A stretch of DNA of 64,000 bases, from the NCBI GenBank assembly GCA_973895155.1, contig OZ316894.1, positions 7,526,234 through 7,590,233 of the forward strand. The letters run 5' to 3'. Below, piece by piece: positions 24,801 to 36,119 of the stretch. Source of the stretch: Marsupella aquatica. Its lineage: Eukaryota > Plantae > Marchantiophyta. Position 1 is the first letter of the stretch. Every line of letters begins with the position of its first letter. The notes below the pieces were generated by a model. The model saw nothing but the letters and a program-made list of their open reading frames with translations. It was not told the DNA's origin and did not search any database. Both the position numbers and the translations under genes were made by a program.

Positions 24801-26837
24801 TACCAAAGCATTTCTTTCTAACTATCTGGCCGTCGACATAGGCATTGTGAACCACTGTCTATTGTAGATGAAATGTATTTGATTTTGGTGTAGTCACTGT
24901 AGTTCCATCCAAAGGTAGTGCCTGAGTGTATAGTATGCAAAGGTAGATGTGCAGGTTACTCAGCAATTTCTTGTGAAGCTCTGTAGGAACTAATATGAGT
25001 TTTTCCGACCTGCCTTTAAGGCAAGCCAGCCAGGAAAGAGTGAGTCAATTGCGTCTGCAGGTTTCAGTTGAACTTTGCTAGCTACAGTTTCATGATCGAT
25101 GTTAACAGGATGCAAAAGCTGCTGTAGAAAAGTTACTCCTCAATCTAACTTGTCTTTTCATGAAGCTCTCATCCCTTAATTTGTAGCCTGCACAATGCAG
25201 TACAGATCCTGCAAGTAAAAGAAATTCCCCTTCTGAATTTAGACCGTGTTAATGTCTGATTAAGCCAATAACTTAGCCAAAAACTTACTCATGGACTGTA
25301 GACATAGATCATTCAGAATTATATTGGTTGTTCATAGTTTCTATTGTAGCCATGGCCTGCCTGGACATATGTACCCACGCTTGCGGTCTGAGTCCGCATG
25401 GAAATAGTGGACGAAACCTCTTCACGGTTCATCAGCACATTGGCTATCATATTCTGGTGTTACCTTGTTAGGGAAACTACTTTTCTAAGTGAGATTTTTA
25501 TCTATATAATTGTTTCTAGTTCAATTTGTTAGACAAGGTGCATCTTTATATCATTAGACTTTATTAGAAATTGTTTTTTGTCTCGTGTTTTTATCAGTAG
25601 TAATCACTAAACCCACTGGAATCTGAACTACCATTCAGATTGAGTCTGACTGAAATCAGAGTAGTAGATCTATCCTAGAACCTGTCGTTAGTTTTATATT
25701 TAATTTTCAAAATTGGCTTTCAAGGGAATGCCAACTTACCCCTCCCCTCTGAATTACTCTTCACAGTTTGTTTTCATTTCATTACTAGGCTTATTAATGG
25801 TTTGAATTGACTAAGGTGTCATTAACTAAAGTCATTATTGAGTATAAGAAAGGCCTGCCCATTGGTTTTCAAAATGGATTCGCTATCTTTTATTGTGTCT
25901 TTTTACCTTGAGATCTGTCTCCAGGTTTGGAGCTTTTGTCCTTTGGCATCACTAGAAGAAACCGGCCCATTCTGAGACCCTGCCTTAAGTGACTCTAATG
26001 AGACCTTGCAAAATTTGTGACTCCTAGGTTTTGGGTGTCATTATAGTTACAAGTTGTGGACTGAGTTTTGGAGAATTCTTGGGAAGTCATTTCTATAACT
26101 ATTGGGGAAGTTGCAACTATAACTAAGTTCAGCCAACAAGAATGAAGTTGTATAAGTGACTCCCTCTACAATAGAGCGTTATATATGTAAGAGAGCCTTA
26201 GGGTTTAACACCACAATCTAACCACATTTGACCCCGCCCAACACATACCATTTAGGATATATCCTAATTTTCTTAGTTGTCAATGGGACTAAAGGAGATG
26301 CCCTCGGGATATTGTGTGAGTACGCAACTCTACAAGGTAAGTAAAGGTCCTTGGTCAATGTCAATGCTAACAGATCTCAAATATATACTCTACATTAGAG
26401 TAGACTGAATTACAATATATGTATGCCACAAGTTTACAAGTGTTACAACATAACAAAATAATCCCAACTAGCTAGGGTCCCACAATGGCATGCATGTAAT
26501 ATTAATTGGACTCATTTTTGTGTCTAAATGGGTACATTTGAAGTTATCTCCTTGGTTATCTCTAACTCTCACATATGCAAGGGCAGGTTATTTTTACTTA
26601 TTGCACGCCATGCCATGCATACATACCGTCATGTACCCCCTCCACACATTGTTCCATCTAGATTCCTTTAATTAAAGGTTCAAAATCACCAAGAACTGGG
26701 AATGCAGCTGGAACCTCCATGTACTTGGCATGTCTACATGTTATAATTAGACATATCTGATAATGGCACCCCACACACTATGCTCATGGAATGAGCATAA
26801 GAACTTGTGACAGTCCTTACCTTAATTAATCAAGCAA

Positions 26838-26921
26838 GGATCTGACGGTCGTAAACTTAATCAAAGGATGATCTGACGGTTGAAAACAAATATGGGCACA
26901 TTAAACCAGGTTTAGGGTTTA
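26838..26921 (+). promoter_or_regulatory. Putative internal promoter of the CACTA element
   Basis: GATCTGACGGT twice (about 26838 and 26870), then TGGGCAC and a telo-box-type TTTAGGGTTT (26911-26920), at the switch from AT-rich subterminal DNA to a GC-richer leader-like region. Confidence 0.4.
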
Positions 26922-29618
26922 ATGGATTCCTTCACGCCAACTCCCATTGCGCCGTGGATTCCTTTGGATTTGCGGACGAGGAGCTGATCGCGCATTCTTT
27001 GCGAGGGAAAAAAGGGGGCAGTTTGTCGATCACTAAGGCTGAAGCTGCATTGACAAATTGCAATCCCGACTGCAATGGGAGTAGTAGGAGGCAAGAAGAG
27101 CGAGTTTAGGGTGTTGCATAGACAAAACAGAATGTGAGTCGTAGGCAACATTCAGCCATTGTATGTGTTTAGCATTGATCATAGGCACTGTGGGAGGCAC
27201 TGCAGGAGGCGTTTGCCACTGCGCAAGGCACTGTAGGAGGCACTTGTTCCTTCAAGCTGGGAGAGTCAATTTGACGTTCAGCTGCAACCTGGGATCGAGA
27301 ACCAGGAGCTTCTCATTGCGGTTTGGTGTGCATTTGGACTGTTCTTGCAAAGTGGGACTCCAGGCCTGGAGACATTGCATTGATCGCCTTTGGATGTACA
27401 TTGCAGTCCGACTAGGAGGCTTTCAAGTGGAGCTGGGTTGGAAGTGAGTTGAAGATTGAGTTGCCATCACATTGCAATAGCGGGGGATTGTTGCTCAGCT
27501 TCACATACTGCTACGGATTACTACGCAGCTTCAGTTTGAGCGGCTTGGTGCTGCATCAGCCCATGTAAGGCTGCAATCCCCTATCTTTGCTATGTGACCT
27601 CGCGGCTGCAAGTTTGGTTGACTTCTTTGTGCTGTGAAGCTGTTTTTGACTCAGGTTCCGGCCAAGTTTCACCAGCGCAAATTTTTCTAAACATGAGTGT
27701 GGGCTACAACTGGTGAGGTGGAAGGGATAAGAAAATGCGCTACCGTCATTGACAACATCTCAACCTTTTACAGTGAGCGCTATTGACATTCGGCCGGCTG
27801 TAAGTGTATTTCAAGCTTGACTTTAACTTGCCATCTGCATGAACCGGCTTGCAATAGATGTTGTAGCTTTTGCTTAGCTGCATTCACCTCCCAAGATGCC
27901 CCGTGACATCCAGGTTTGCACAATGAGATAATAAGGCTGAAATGATAAGGTAGTGATTGCCAATGGATAAAAAGCTTTATGAGAGTTGCTTCAACGTTCA
28001 GCTGCAAACTAGGATTAGGAACCAGGAACTTGTCGCGGCAGTCCAGCTTGTTTACTTGGAGCCGGAGCTGGAGTCAAGTTTCACATGTTTCTTGTTTAGT
28101 GACAGAGTACTTCTGAGAAATGTGACAGCCCCTGTGAGAGCTTTCGGCACCAGTGAGGTAAAGGGTGTTCTTACTCATGCAATAGTCACTTTGACCTTCT
28201 GAGTTTCAGCAAATTGAGTTTCAAGTGCGGGCACTGAGAGTTGACCTGTTTGAGCTGGGGTCACTGAGAGTTGAGCTCTTTGAGCTACGGTTACAGAGAG
28301 TTGAGCTGTTTGAGATGCGGTCTCATAAGTGAACTAGATCCTCCCCCGTGTAAACGTCTAGCATAGTCACATGTCCAAGCTTTGCTTTTGACTCTGAATA
28401 TATTCACTGTCAACCATTGAAGGAGCTACGTGCATGAATTGTCTACTTATTGGGTTGTTTAGGGATTCAATATACAAAAATGACAACTTGAGTAAGGCAG
28501 TCTACGGAGGCGCGAAAGAGTCGCGAGGAGTCGAGTTCAGCTACGGCAGTATTCACTTCAGTTGTCTCAATGTGGTTGGCGTGAGCTGCAGGTGAGCTTA
28601 GCTGTGTGCACATTTCATGTAAGTCAGGTGGTCGGTGTTTTAGGCATTGCGGAACTTGATTGACCACCCCATGGCTAAGGTTTAAGGTGCGGACTACAAC
28701 AAATATGTGTTGTTGCTGAAAGTGTTGGTGGTGAGCGACAACTGGTATTGTTTCAGCTAAAGGGAGCACATTGGAGCTTGTGTATCCATGACCTGCGACC
28801 GATTGCGGTTGCCTGCTGTTACAATTGCCGAATCAATCACGCACCCAATCTTGCGGGCAGACACAACTTTGCGGGAGTGTTGAAGGTTTAGGGTGAGCAA
28901 CAGCGGAGAGCTCATTGCTTGGTGGCAGGGTTGAAGGTGGATGATCGGGCTGCAAGGCCAACCGGGGACTTGTTTTGCATTGAGCGATTGCTGCGGATTG
29001 CTACGCAGCTTCAGTTAGGGCGGCTTGGTGCTACATCGGCACAGGTAAGGCTGCAATACCCTATCGATGCGGACTCACCTCGTGACTGCAAGTATAGTTG
29101 TCTAGGTGATGTATGCATTGCGTGTTTAGGGTCTAGGTGACATCGCTGCTAAGCAAAATTTGTGAGCTGCCTAGGTCCATTGCCGAATGTTGCTTCCTTT
29201 AAATTACCTGGTGCCTGCTGTTACAATCGCCTGCTCAATCATGCACCCAATCGCCTGGATCTCATTTGCCTGGAGCTTCATCCGTCAGATTCAAACTGTT
29301 ATTGCTGCTCTGCCCTTTTGCCATGGGTTGCCGGCCTACCGGATGCTATCAACAGATTAAGAACAAGTCATATCCTAAGTCCCGGTGTTGCAGTGATGTC
29401 CCCGACCCTAAGATGCTTTCCAAACTCATCTTTCTTGTTTCCTGTTGCTGCTGATGTATGTATGTTCTCCCCTATTTTTGCTTACAGATTGGTCTCTCCA
29501 CACTTCTTGCTTGACATGATTGTTTTGCTCCTCCCTGTATCAGAACATGCCTTGTGCCCGGCGGTGGGGTGGGGGGGTGAACAGACGACCTTAAGGTTCA
29601 CTACATTTCTAGGAACTG

Positions 29619-29775
29619 TGCATCTTTCAGCTGATTTTAGCCGCAAGTTCCCTTGCTTTCCCCTGTTTTTGCTAAGATCCCTCCCACTAATCACATGCAT
29701 CTTTCAGCTGATTTTAGCCGCAAGTTCCCTTGCTTTCCCCTGCTTTTGCTAAGATCCCTCCCCACTAATGACATG
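29619..29775 (+). repeat. 77-bp near-perfect tandem duplication inside the CACTA leader region
   Basis: tgcatctttcagctgattttagccgcaagttcccttgctttcccctg.ttttgctaagatccctcccactaat occurs twice. A repeat of about 29 bp (cactgagagttgagctgtttgagct) also lies at 28230-28325. Confidence 0.9.
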
Positions 29776-32320
29776 CATCCTTTACTTTTCTCGGTGGCCC
29801 GTGCGCCTGCCTTCCTACTTTCGTTCTTATGGACTCTCCTTAGGTTTTCATTCACCTGGTTTTGGACTTTTTGCTCCGGTGGAATCTGTCTTGACAACTT
29901 GTGTTTGTTCTAATTGTTAATATCTCAAGAGGGTCGTCAACTAAGCTGAAAGGAGTCAAAGCTAACTACAAGCTAGCAAAATAATACAGAGAATGCTCCC
30001 AAGTCGAGTCAGGAGGAAGTTACTAAAACTAGACCTTCACAACTCTCGAAACTGGAAAGTGAAATTCAGCGTGAGACACGTAGCTGAAGGCCACAAGGAT
30101 AACTATATGGCCACGCTGTCCCCCATTCAAGTCCAAAGTCCTCTTCAGATTGTCTGAACTCCTATTGAATGTATTGAATAATTATTTCATCACAGAAATT
30201 TTCAGAACAAACACGGAAGCACCAGGGGGCTGAGGATTAGGTATTGAGGCTGAAGACATTGAGGTCATAAACTAGGTGTGGTTCGGGTGACAATGTTAGC
30301 AACTGATGCTTCTTCAGGGGAACTTCCCATGTGTAGTTTATCCACACATGATTGACTTTGGTTCTTGCTGTTTTTCTTTTGGTGTACTCTTGAGTTTGGT
30401 GTCACTCTATCCTTTCCTGTAGCCTCGAAATAGGAACACACCTGCTTAGTGGTCCCCAATCGCCCAATGATTTATAATGACTGTGTCTAGGTGATGTATG
30501 CATTGCGTGTTCATTCCAGAAGAATGAATATGTACACTTTGCACAAACCTGGACAGATTTTGAATGTTATTTATCTGAGTTTCTGTTTGTGAGCTCTGAC
30601 TTGGAGCCTTAACATTTGTGTTTCTGTGGGGCTGAGCAGAGTTTGTTCAGTCTAGAAGCTGCTGTACTGAAGTGATCAGCCTCCGGCTTGGAGGTGAATC
30701 TTCAATTTTTTGTGGATCCGAGTGACTTCTGTCCAACTGAGTTTTGCTTTGTCGGGACGATTGTGTTTGGCTAAGATGCTAGATTGTGGCTTGTCTTCTT
30801 GCTTCCAGCTTGTGTATTTTCAATTAATAGAAGTTGGGAACGAAGTGATAATTGAATTTCCTTATATTAAGCATCTTCACCTAGAAACTCAATACATAAA
30901 CTCCAGGATTCCCTCGGGACATAAAATGAGCCAAATTGTCTCAAAATTGGGAACCTGCACCCGCACTACTCAAACAATTGTGTTGGGCTTGGTGGCCTTG
31001 TAAGTCTTCTTTAGCTTTCGCAATGGAGGTTGAATCTTGCAGTACGTCAAGGGGAACTTGATCTTTGAATCATGGAACTGCTTGGTACTTTCTCGCTTGC
31101 ACAGAGAGACAGGGACTATCGTAGTCTTCATGATCTGGATGCAAGGGAACCGAACTCTATGACAAGAAGCCATCTCATCATACATCTGCTCTGCAGCTCC
31201 GTTTCTTGTGGTATCACAATATTCCTTGTACATGTTGTGATAACCTGTACGACTCTGATACGTGGACCCAGATACCGAAGTTCTTAATTGTGGTGGGCTT
31301 CTTTTTGAAGATCTGGTAGACACATTATTCAGCATTTGCTAACTTCGAAACTAGAAGGGTAACACATTAAACAACAGAGAAACTCACAACATCCTCCTTT
31401 GGTCCTTCAGAGTCTGTACTTTGATTCTGAAGTTTGACTGAGTTTTTGTTTACTAAAAGAATGTGACTGTGTAAGAGTTCCGTTTGGCAGTGGATTGGTT
31501 GAAGCACTTCATGCTAGTGTGTTGTCCACAGCTCTTCAACCAGCTTTCGTCTTCCTTGTCTTTCACCACTTACGATGACATCAATTCAGCTAAGACCATA
31601 GAAGGTTCCAAAGCATCTAACTTGTAAAATCGCATTCTGTTACATCAAGGACTAAGGTGTTGGGTGCCAAAGGAGACATCACAACAAACACGCTGAAAAG
31701 ACTTCAGGACTGGGTTCAACAAGGTAGTGAAGGTGCTTAGAGCCATAGTAAGTATGCATTCTGTATCTTTCTCTATTGATGTGAGCTTGTGCATAATGGG
31801 AGTTGTAGTTGGCAAGAGTTCCAAATATGAATAGATCCAGAAGTATGTGATCATGTACTTGCTCTATAAAGTTCTGAAGATATAAGCATTTTCTGTTAGA
31901 CCAGGCAACTTGGGAGTTGGTAAGTGTCACCTGCATCTGAGGGGCTACACCGGGGCATCAGTGGAGGTTCACTTGCACAACACGACAACCAGTGAATTTT
32001 CTCTCTGCTGCAACCTGCAAGGTGAGACTTTCGGTCTTTCTGGATGAAAAAACAGGAGTTTAATATGATTGATATACATGTCCGTCGAGAATATGGGTTT
32101 ATCACCAAGCTCTTTGTCTTAGGAAACTCATAAACTCAGAATCAAATATGTACTATGCACGTTTCATGCTATGTGTATACTATGACCTGTAGTTGGAACC
32201 AAGACAATGAGTGGGAACTGATTAGTTTAGGTGGTTGCTGTTGGCGAGGCAAGTCGACCTCCTGCTCACCTTGCTCATCAAAGGACGTGAACAGAGGACA
32301 TCACAACGAAAGCAACACTT

Positions 32321-32770
32321 ATGGTGAGGACCCGCAACGCTGAACATGTGCGACTTGCACGCAAGGCAGAGATGTTGCGCCTTGAGTATGTCAGACTTGG
32401 GATCCTTCCAGCCCAGTCTGCATGGTACTTTGAGTACCCTGTTGTTTCTAGGAACAACTACAGCCGGCCTCTACCTGCTTCAGTACCCTTCCCGACATCC
32501 TTGGTATTTGTGTCTCTTGTACATGACCCGCCACAAATTAGGTGCCAAGGGTGTGTACACAGTTGCCAATATGACTGTCCTGCCTGTAGGGCTTCTGGCC
32601 CAGAATTGGATGACCGTTCTCTTGGATGCCGATTTTTGCACAGAGCACAATGTATCATCTGGAACCACTCGCCATCCTGCAGTGTGCCTGGTGATGTCAC
32701 TTGTCCTGCCCTCCCAGACCCCACCACCGGTGACTTTGGTGTCTACACATGTTTGGATCACATGCTCTAG
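32321..32770 (+). CDS. CACTA cargo ORF1: 149-aa Cys/His-rich protein, divergent PHD-like zinc finger
   Basis: ATG-initiated intact ORF. Pattern CQGC...C...CPAC...GCRFLHRAQC...GVYTCLDH resembles an atypical PHD ending in CxxH. Confidence 0.5.
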   Translation: MVRTRNAEHVRLARKAEMLRLEYVRLGILPAQSAWYFEYPVVSRNNYSRPLPASVPFPTSLVFVSLVHDPPQIRCQGCVHSCQYDCPACRASGPELDDRSLGCRFLHRAQCIIWNHSPSCSVPGDVTCPALPDPTTGDFGVYTCLDHML

Positions 32771-33385
32771 AGGACCACTTGTCACACCGCATGCACAGAC
32801 CAGATACCATTGACCTATAGCTTAACACTCTGACTTCAACACAGAGGATATTTACTTAAAATTTTGATGTATGAGCAATTTTGGGTCCAGGGTTTAGGGT
32901 CAACAGTACATAACTTATATCCTATTATGCCTGCACTAAGCAAAATATCCTAATTTAAGAGGCTAGCAAACTCGCATAAAAGTCTCTATTGAAAGACTGC
33001 TTTCATGACTGCTTTAACCTGGTGAACATTGCAACGTTGAATGAATTAATGGGCCATGTGATAATATGCAAAATGATTTATGCCTCACTTATTTGTCTCA
33101 GCCACTATCATAACCTATTTAGGATGTATAAATTTCAACCCTTATGACACTGCTTCATACCAATCCTCTTCGAAGAATGCCTGTTTTACATGTCACGACT
33201 ATTGTATGTGATTCAAATGCATGAAATGTTGTTGCAGATCTCCTTTGGTGAATCATAGCCACAATTAAAATTGAGGTGTTGGTGGAGAAATTGTATTAGG
33301 GGATCAGTTTTGTGTGTGGGCTCAACATACCAAAAGTATGTGTGCTCTGCATCCTTGTGTGGCCATTCCAATTCATTGCAGTAGC

Positions 33386-33528
33386 AAATGCCTTTGTACC
33401 TTAAATGCTAAATATATTTTACTTTCTGTGCAGTCTGCTAAATTGTAGAGTCTATCTAAATGCCTTTGTACCTTAAATGCTAAATATATATTACTTTCTG
33501 TGCAGTCTGCTAAATTGTAGAGTCTATC
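33386..33528 (+). repeat. Tandem duplication of about 72 bp immediately upstream of the PHD cargo ORF
   Basis: aaatgcctttgtaccttaaatgctaaatata..ttactttctgtgcagtctgctaaattgtagagtctatct occurs twice, followed by an acceptor-like tgcgcag (ending 33538) just before the ATG at 33541. Confidence 0.9.
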
Positions 33529-33540
33529 TCATGCGCAGGC

Positions 33541-34221
33541 ATGGCACGGCCTAAAATTCAAGCCAAAAAGCGTGTGACAGAGGTGAGAAACACAGGTGTA
33601 CTTGGGGCAGATGCTACTAACTTCTCTGCAAGTCAGATTTTCCAGAAGGCAGCTCATTGTTGTGCCATTTGTGACGATGGTGGGGGCCTGGTCATTTGTG
33701 AGGGCCCTTGCATGAGGCATTTCCACCTCAACCCGGAGTCTGACCTTGCTGCAGAAAACAACTGTCCAGGGGTGGGCCTCCCGTCAACACACCAGGGAGA
33801 CTGGATGTGCACTGATTGTTTGGAGAAGCAGGCTAAGTGTGCACAGTGTGGGAAGTTGGGGTCCTATGAGGGCTCTGTTGATGCTGCAGCAAATGTTAGG
33901 AAATGTCCAGACCGTTTTTGTGTGAGATTTTTCTGTTTTGAGTGTTTGCCTGCTCATGCCACAGCTTGCCCACTTCATAGGTGCAAGGCATGTGGTGAGC
34001 ATGATGATGACTACTGGACTGACATAGTCCACTGTGCTAGGTGTCCCACTATGTGGCACTATCATTGCCTGAAAGATCATCAAGCAGAGGGTTATGCTTG
34101 TGACAGAGAAATCTATGATCACTCTGCACATGGTGTTGATCGATGGATATTTTATTGTCATCGCCATGCCATTGATCCTACCTCGCGCACTCCTGTGAGA
34201 GATCACATATCTTGGCTGTGA
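33541..34221 (+). CDS. CACTA cargo ORF2: stand-alone EDM2/NSD-type triple PHD-finger protein (226 aa)
   Basis: CAICDDGGGLVICEGPCMRHFH...CTDC...CAQCGKLGS...CPDRFCVRFFCFEC...CPLHRCKAC...CARCPTMWHYHCL...FYCHRHAIDPTSRTPVRDHI. The order of ligands and the terminal TPVRDH match the composite PHD of plant EDM2 as recalled. No other EDM2 domain is present. Confidence 0.85.
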   Translation: MARPKIQAKKRVTEVRNTGVLGADATNFSASQIFQKAAHCCAICDDGGGLVICEGPCMRHFHLNPESDLAAENNCPGVGLPSTHQGDWMCTDCLEKQAKCAQCGKLGSYEGSVDAAANVRKCPDRFCVRFFCFECLPAHATACPLHRCKACGEHDDDYWTDIVHCARCPTMWHYHCLKDHQAEGYACDREIYDHSAHGVDRWIFYCHRHAIDPTSRTPVRDHISWL

Positions 34222-34813
34222 AGCTGAACATTGTACATGCACAGTGCACCTGATGTGGATGTACTATTTTTTGAGATTGCAGAGATTCCAATTTTGAAAA
34301 GGAGTTGGGTAGGCGAGTTTATATAGGCAGCACTTATCTTGTGCTCTGGCGTCAGTGGCTGGGTACATGCCTATACAAACTTATCCTTACAAGCCTTCTT
34401 GGAAGTATTTAGGCTGAGTGGTCATTTTCATAAACACTTTCATCACACTGCTAAATTAAAACAGGACTTCTAAGTTGTAAGCGTATAAATTATCAGGCAT
34501 GCAATTAATCAAATTGCCCTATAAGTTTGTCATTGAATGTATCCTCCTTTACAACAAAATATGTATGTGCCATGACAAGTTGGTTGCACTTCATTTCACC
34601 ACGGATATGGATTTTGTAGTATATATTCAAACAATGTCCTGCATCCGTGCAGGTGCCTAGTACGTATTGTTCACATATCCCTTGTACCTATCAAAATCGG
34701 ACCTGAGCACCAGTGGGCCAGATCAACTCAAAAAGCAGGAATTTTGTTGTCCTTGTATTGTCAGGTGAACCCATTCTTCCAAAATTCACTGTCATCACGT
34801 AGGGTGTGTGTAC

Positions 34814-35686
34814 ATGGAGCCTGGTAAACGTAGAAAGTGTGACCACCCAGCAGTGTTTACAGGGGTCAGAGCGATTTTGGTCCATGGCCAGCATGGGTTG
34901 ACCAAAGTGCATTGGCCAACTGTACAGAAACGATTCTCTGAGCTCCATGGCACTGTAGTTCAGGACATCACTCCAGAGACTACACATGTTGTTGCAGGGA
35001 CATGGCTATCAGTGATAAAGAAGTGGTCATGGTCCTACATGAATTCTGCAATTACTAAGCAAGGCCTAAAAGTAGTTGAGGCCTCTTGGATCATAGATTC
35101 CATAGCACATAAGATTGTACAGGATACTGAGCAATATGAGTTGTGGGAGGATGAAGAAGCTATTGCATCAGCTTGGGCTGAACAAGAAGTCTGGGAAGCA
35201 AAGGCACGGCTTGCTGATCTCCAATATGGACCTGTACTCAACAAAGGACAGAGCTCTACAAGGCTGAAGAGTATGTTGGCTGAGGAGACGAAGCAACCAA
35301 CCCCCATTCTGAAAGGGCTGAGCATGGTATTTGTGGAGGCGGGAATTGGAGAGGTTAAGTGCAAAGTGTACAAGTCCACAGTGCTTGACCTAGGTGGGAC
35401 AGTGGAGGAGAATATAACAGAGGACACCACTCATGTCATTACTAAGTCATATCCCAAAGCCTGCCGCAAGTTTGGGAAGGGAGACATTCGCTTTTATGTC
35501 ATGTCCCATAATGTGTTTGTGGTTTCATATGCTTGGCTTGTGGAATCAGTAGCAGCTGGGAAGCGTCAAAACCCAATGGACTATGATCTTTTTGAGGCCT
35601 GGCCACGGAAGGGTCAGGATCCTTACAGAGAGGACTATGAGACAACAAGTGAGGAATGGGTCATTAGCGATTCTGAATCAGAGTGA
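34814..35686 (+). CDS. CACTA cargo ORF3: tandem BRCT-domain protein (290 aa), Pol lambda-like BRCT
   Basis: Two repeats with BRCT signatures (F/LxG...GTV...TTHVV/I...VV..SW/AW..DS/ES....Y.L). The second has VExG, KFGK and YxWLxxSxxxG...NxxxYxL, as in the plant Pol lambda N-terminal BRCT as recalled. Acidic C-terminal tail; acceptor-like cacgtag ends at 34802. Confidence 0.85.
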   Translation: MEPGKRRKCDHPAVFTGVRAILVHGQHGLTKVHWPTVQKRFSELHGTVVQDITPETTHVVAGTWLSVIKKWSWSYMNSAITKQGLKVVEASWIIDSIAHKIVQDTEQYELWEDEEAIASAWAEQEVWEAKARLADLQYGPVLNKGQSSTRLKSMLAEETKQPTPILKGLSMVFVEAGIGEVKCKVYKSTVLDLGGTVEENITEDTTHVITKSYPKACRKFGKGDIRFYVMSHNVFVVSYAWLVESVAAGKRQNPMDYDLFEAWPRKGQDPYREDYETTSEEWVISDSESE

Positions 35687-36119
35687 GGAGTAGTAGCATC
35701 AGTTTGGACACAAGTTTTTTTGTATAAATTAGATCATTGAAATAAATGTGATCTTTGAACTAATGTACCTTGTTATGGTTGGTGGCAGTTGGGCTTATTT
35801 TACTGTTGGCGGATTGTTGTTTCCTGCTGCCTGGGGGTGTCACTGTAAACGTACATGCAGAGGCGGTACATTTGAGGACAGCGGAGGAGGTGGTGACACC
35901 CTCCAACATTTAGAAATTTTGTGTCATTCACTTGACAATAGGTACACTACTTGCGAACCTGTTTTTTTCTTTTGGGGTGGTTTAGGGTTTGTGAGAATTT
36001 AGTACACGTTATGTTAACTCTTTTGGCAGATACAGTCAGGGATATATGGAACACAAATACCACCATTAGGCATCCTTGTTCACTGCTGTCCATGACTGCA
36101 GAGCTCCTAGCCTGTTACA

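Noticed and set aside
28225-28325. Short regularly spaced repeats considered as CRISPR-like
   Set aside because: These are head-to-tail units without unique spacers, in eukaryotic DNA with no cas genes.
29162-29913. 196-aa and neighbouring hydrophobic ORFs in the CACTA leader
   Set aside because: Non-ATG starts, T-rich intron-like composition, and they run through a 77-bp tandem duplication. No domain is recognisable.
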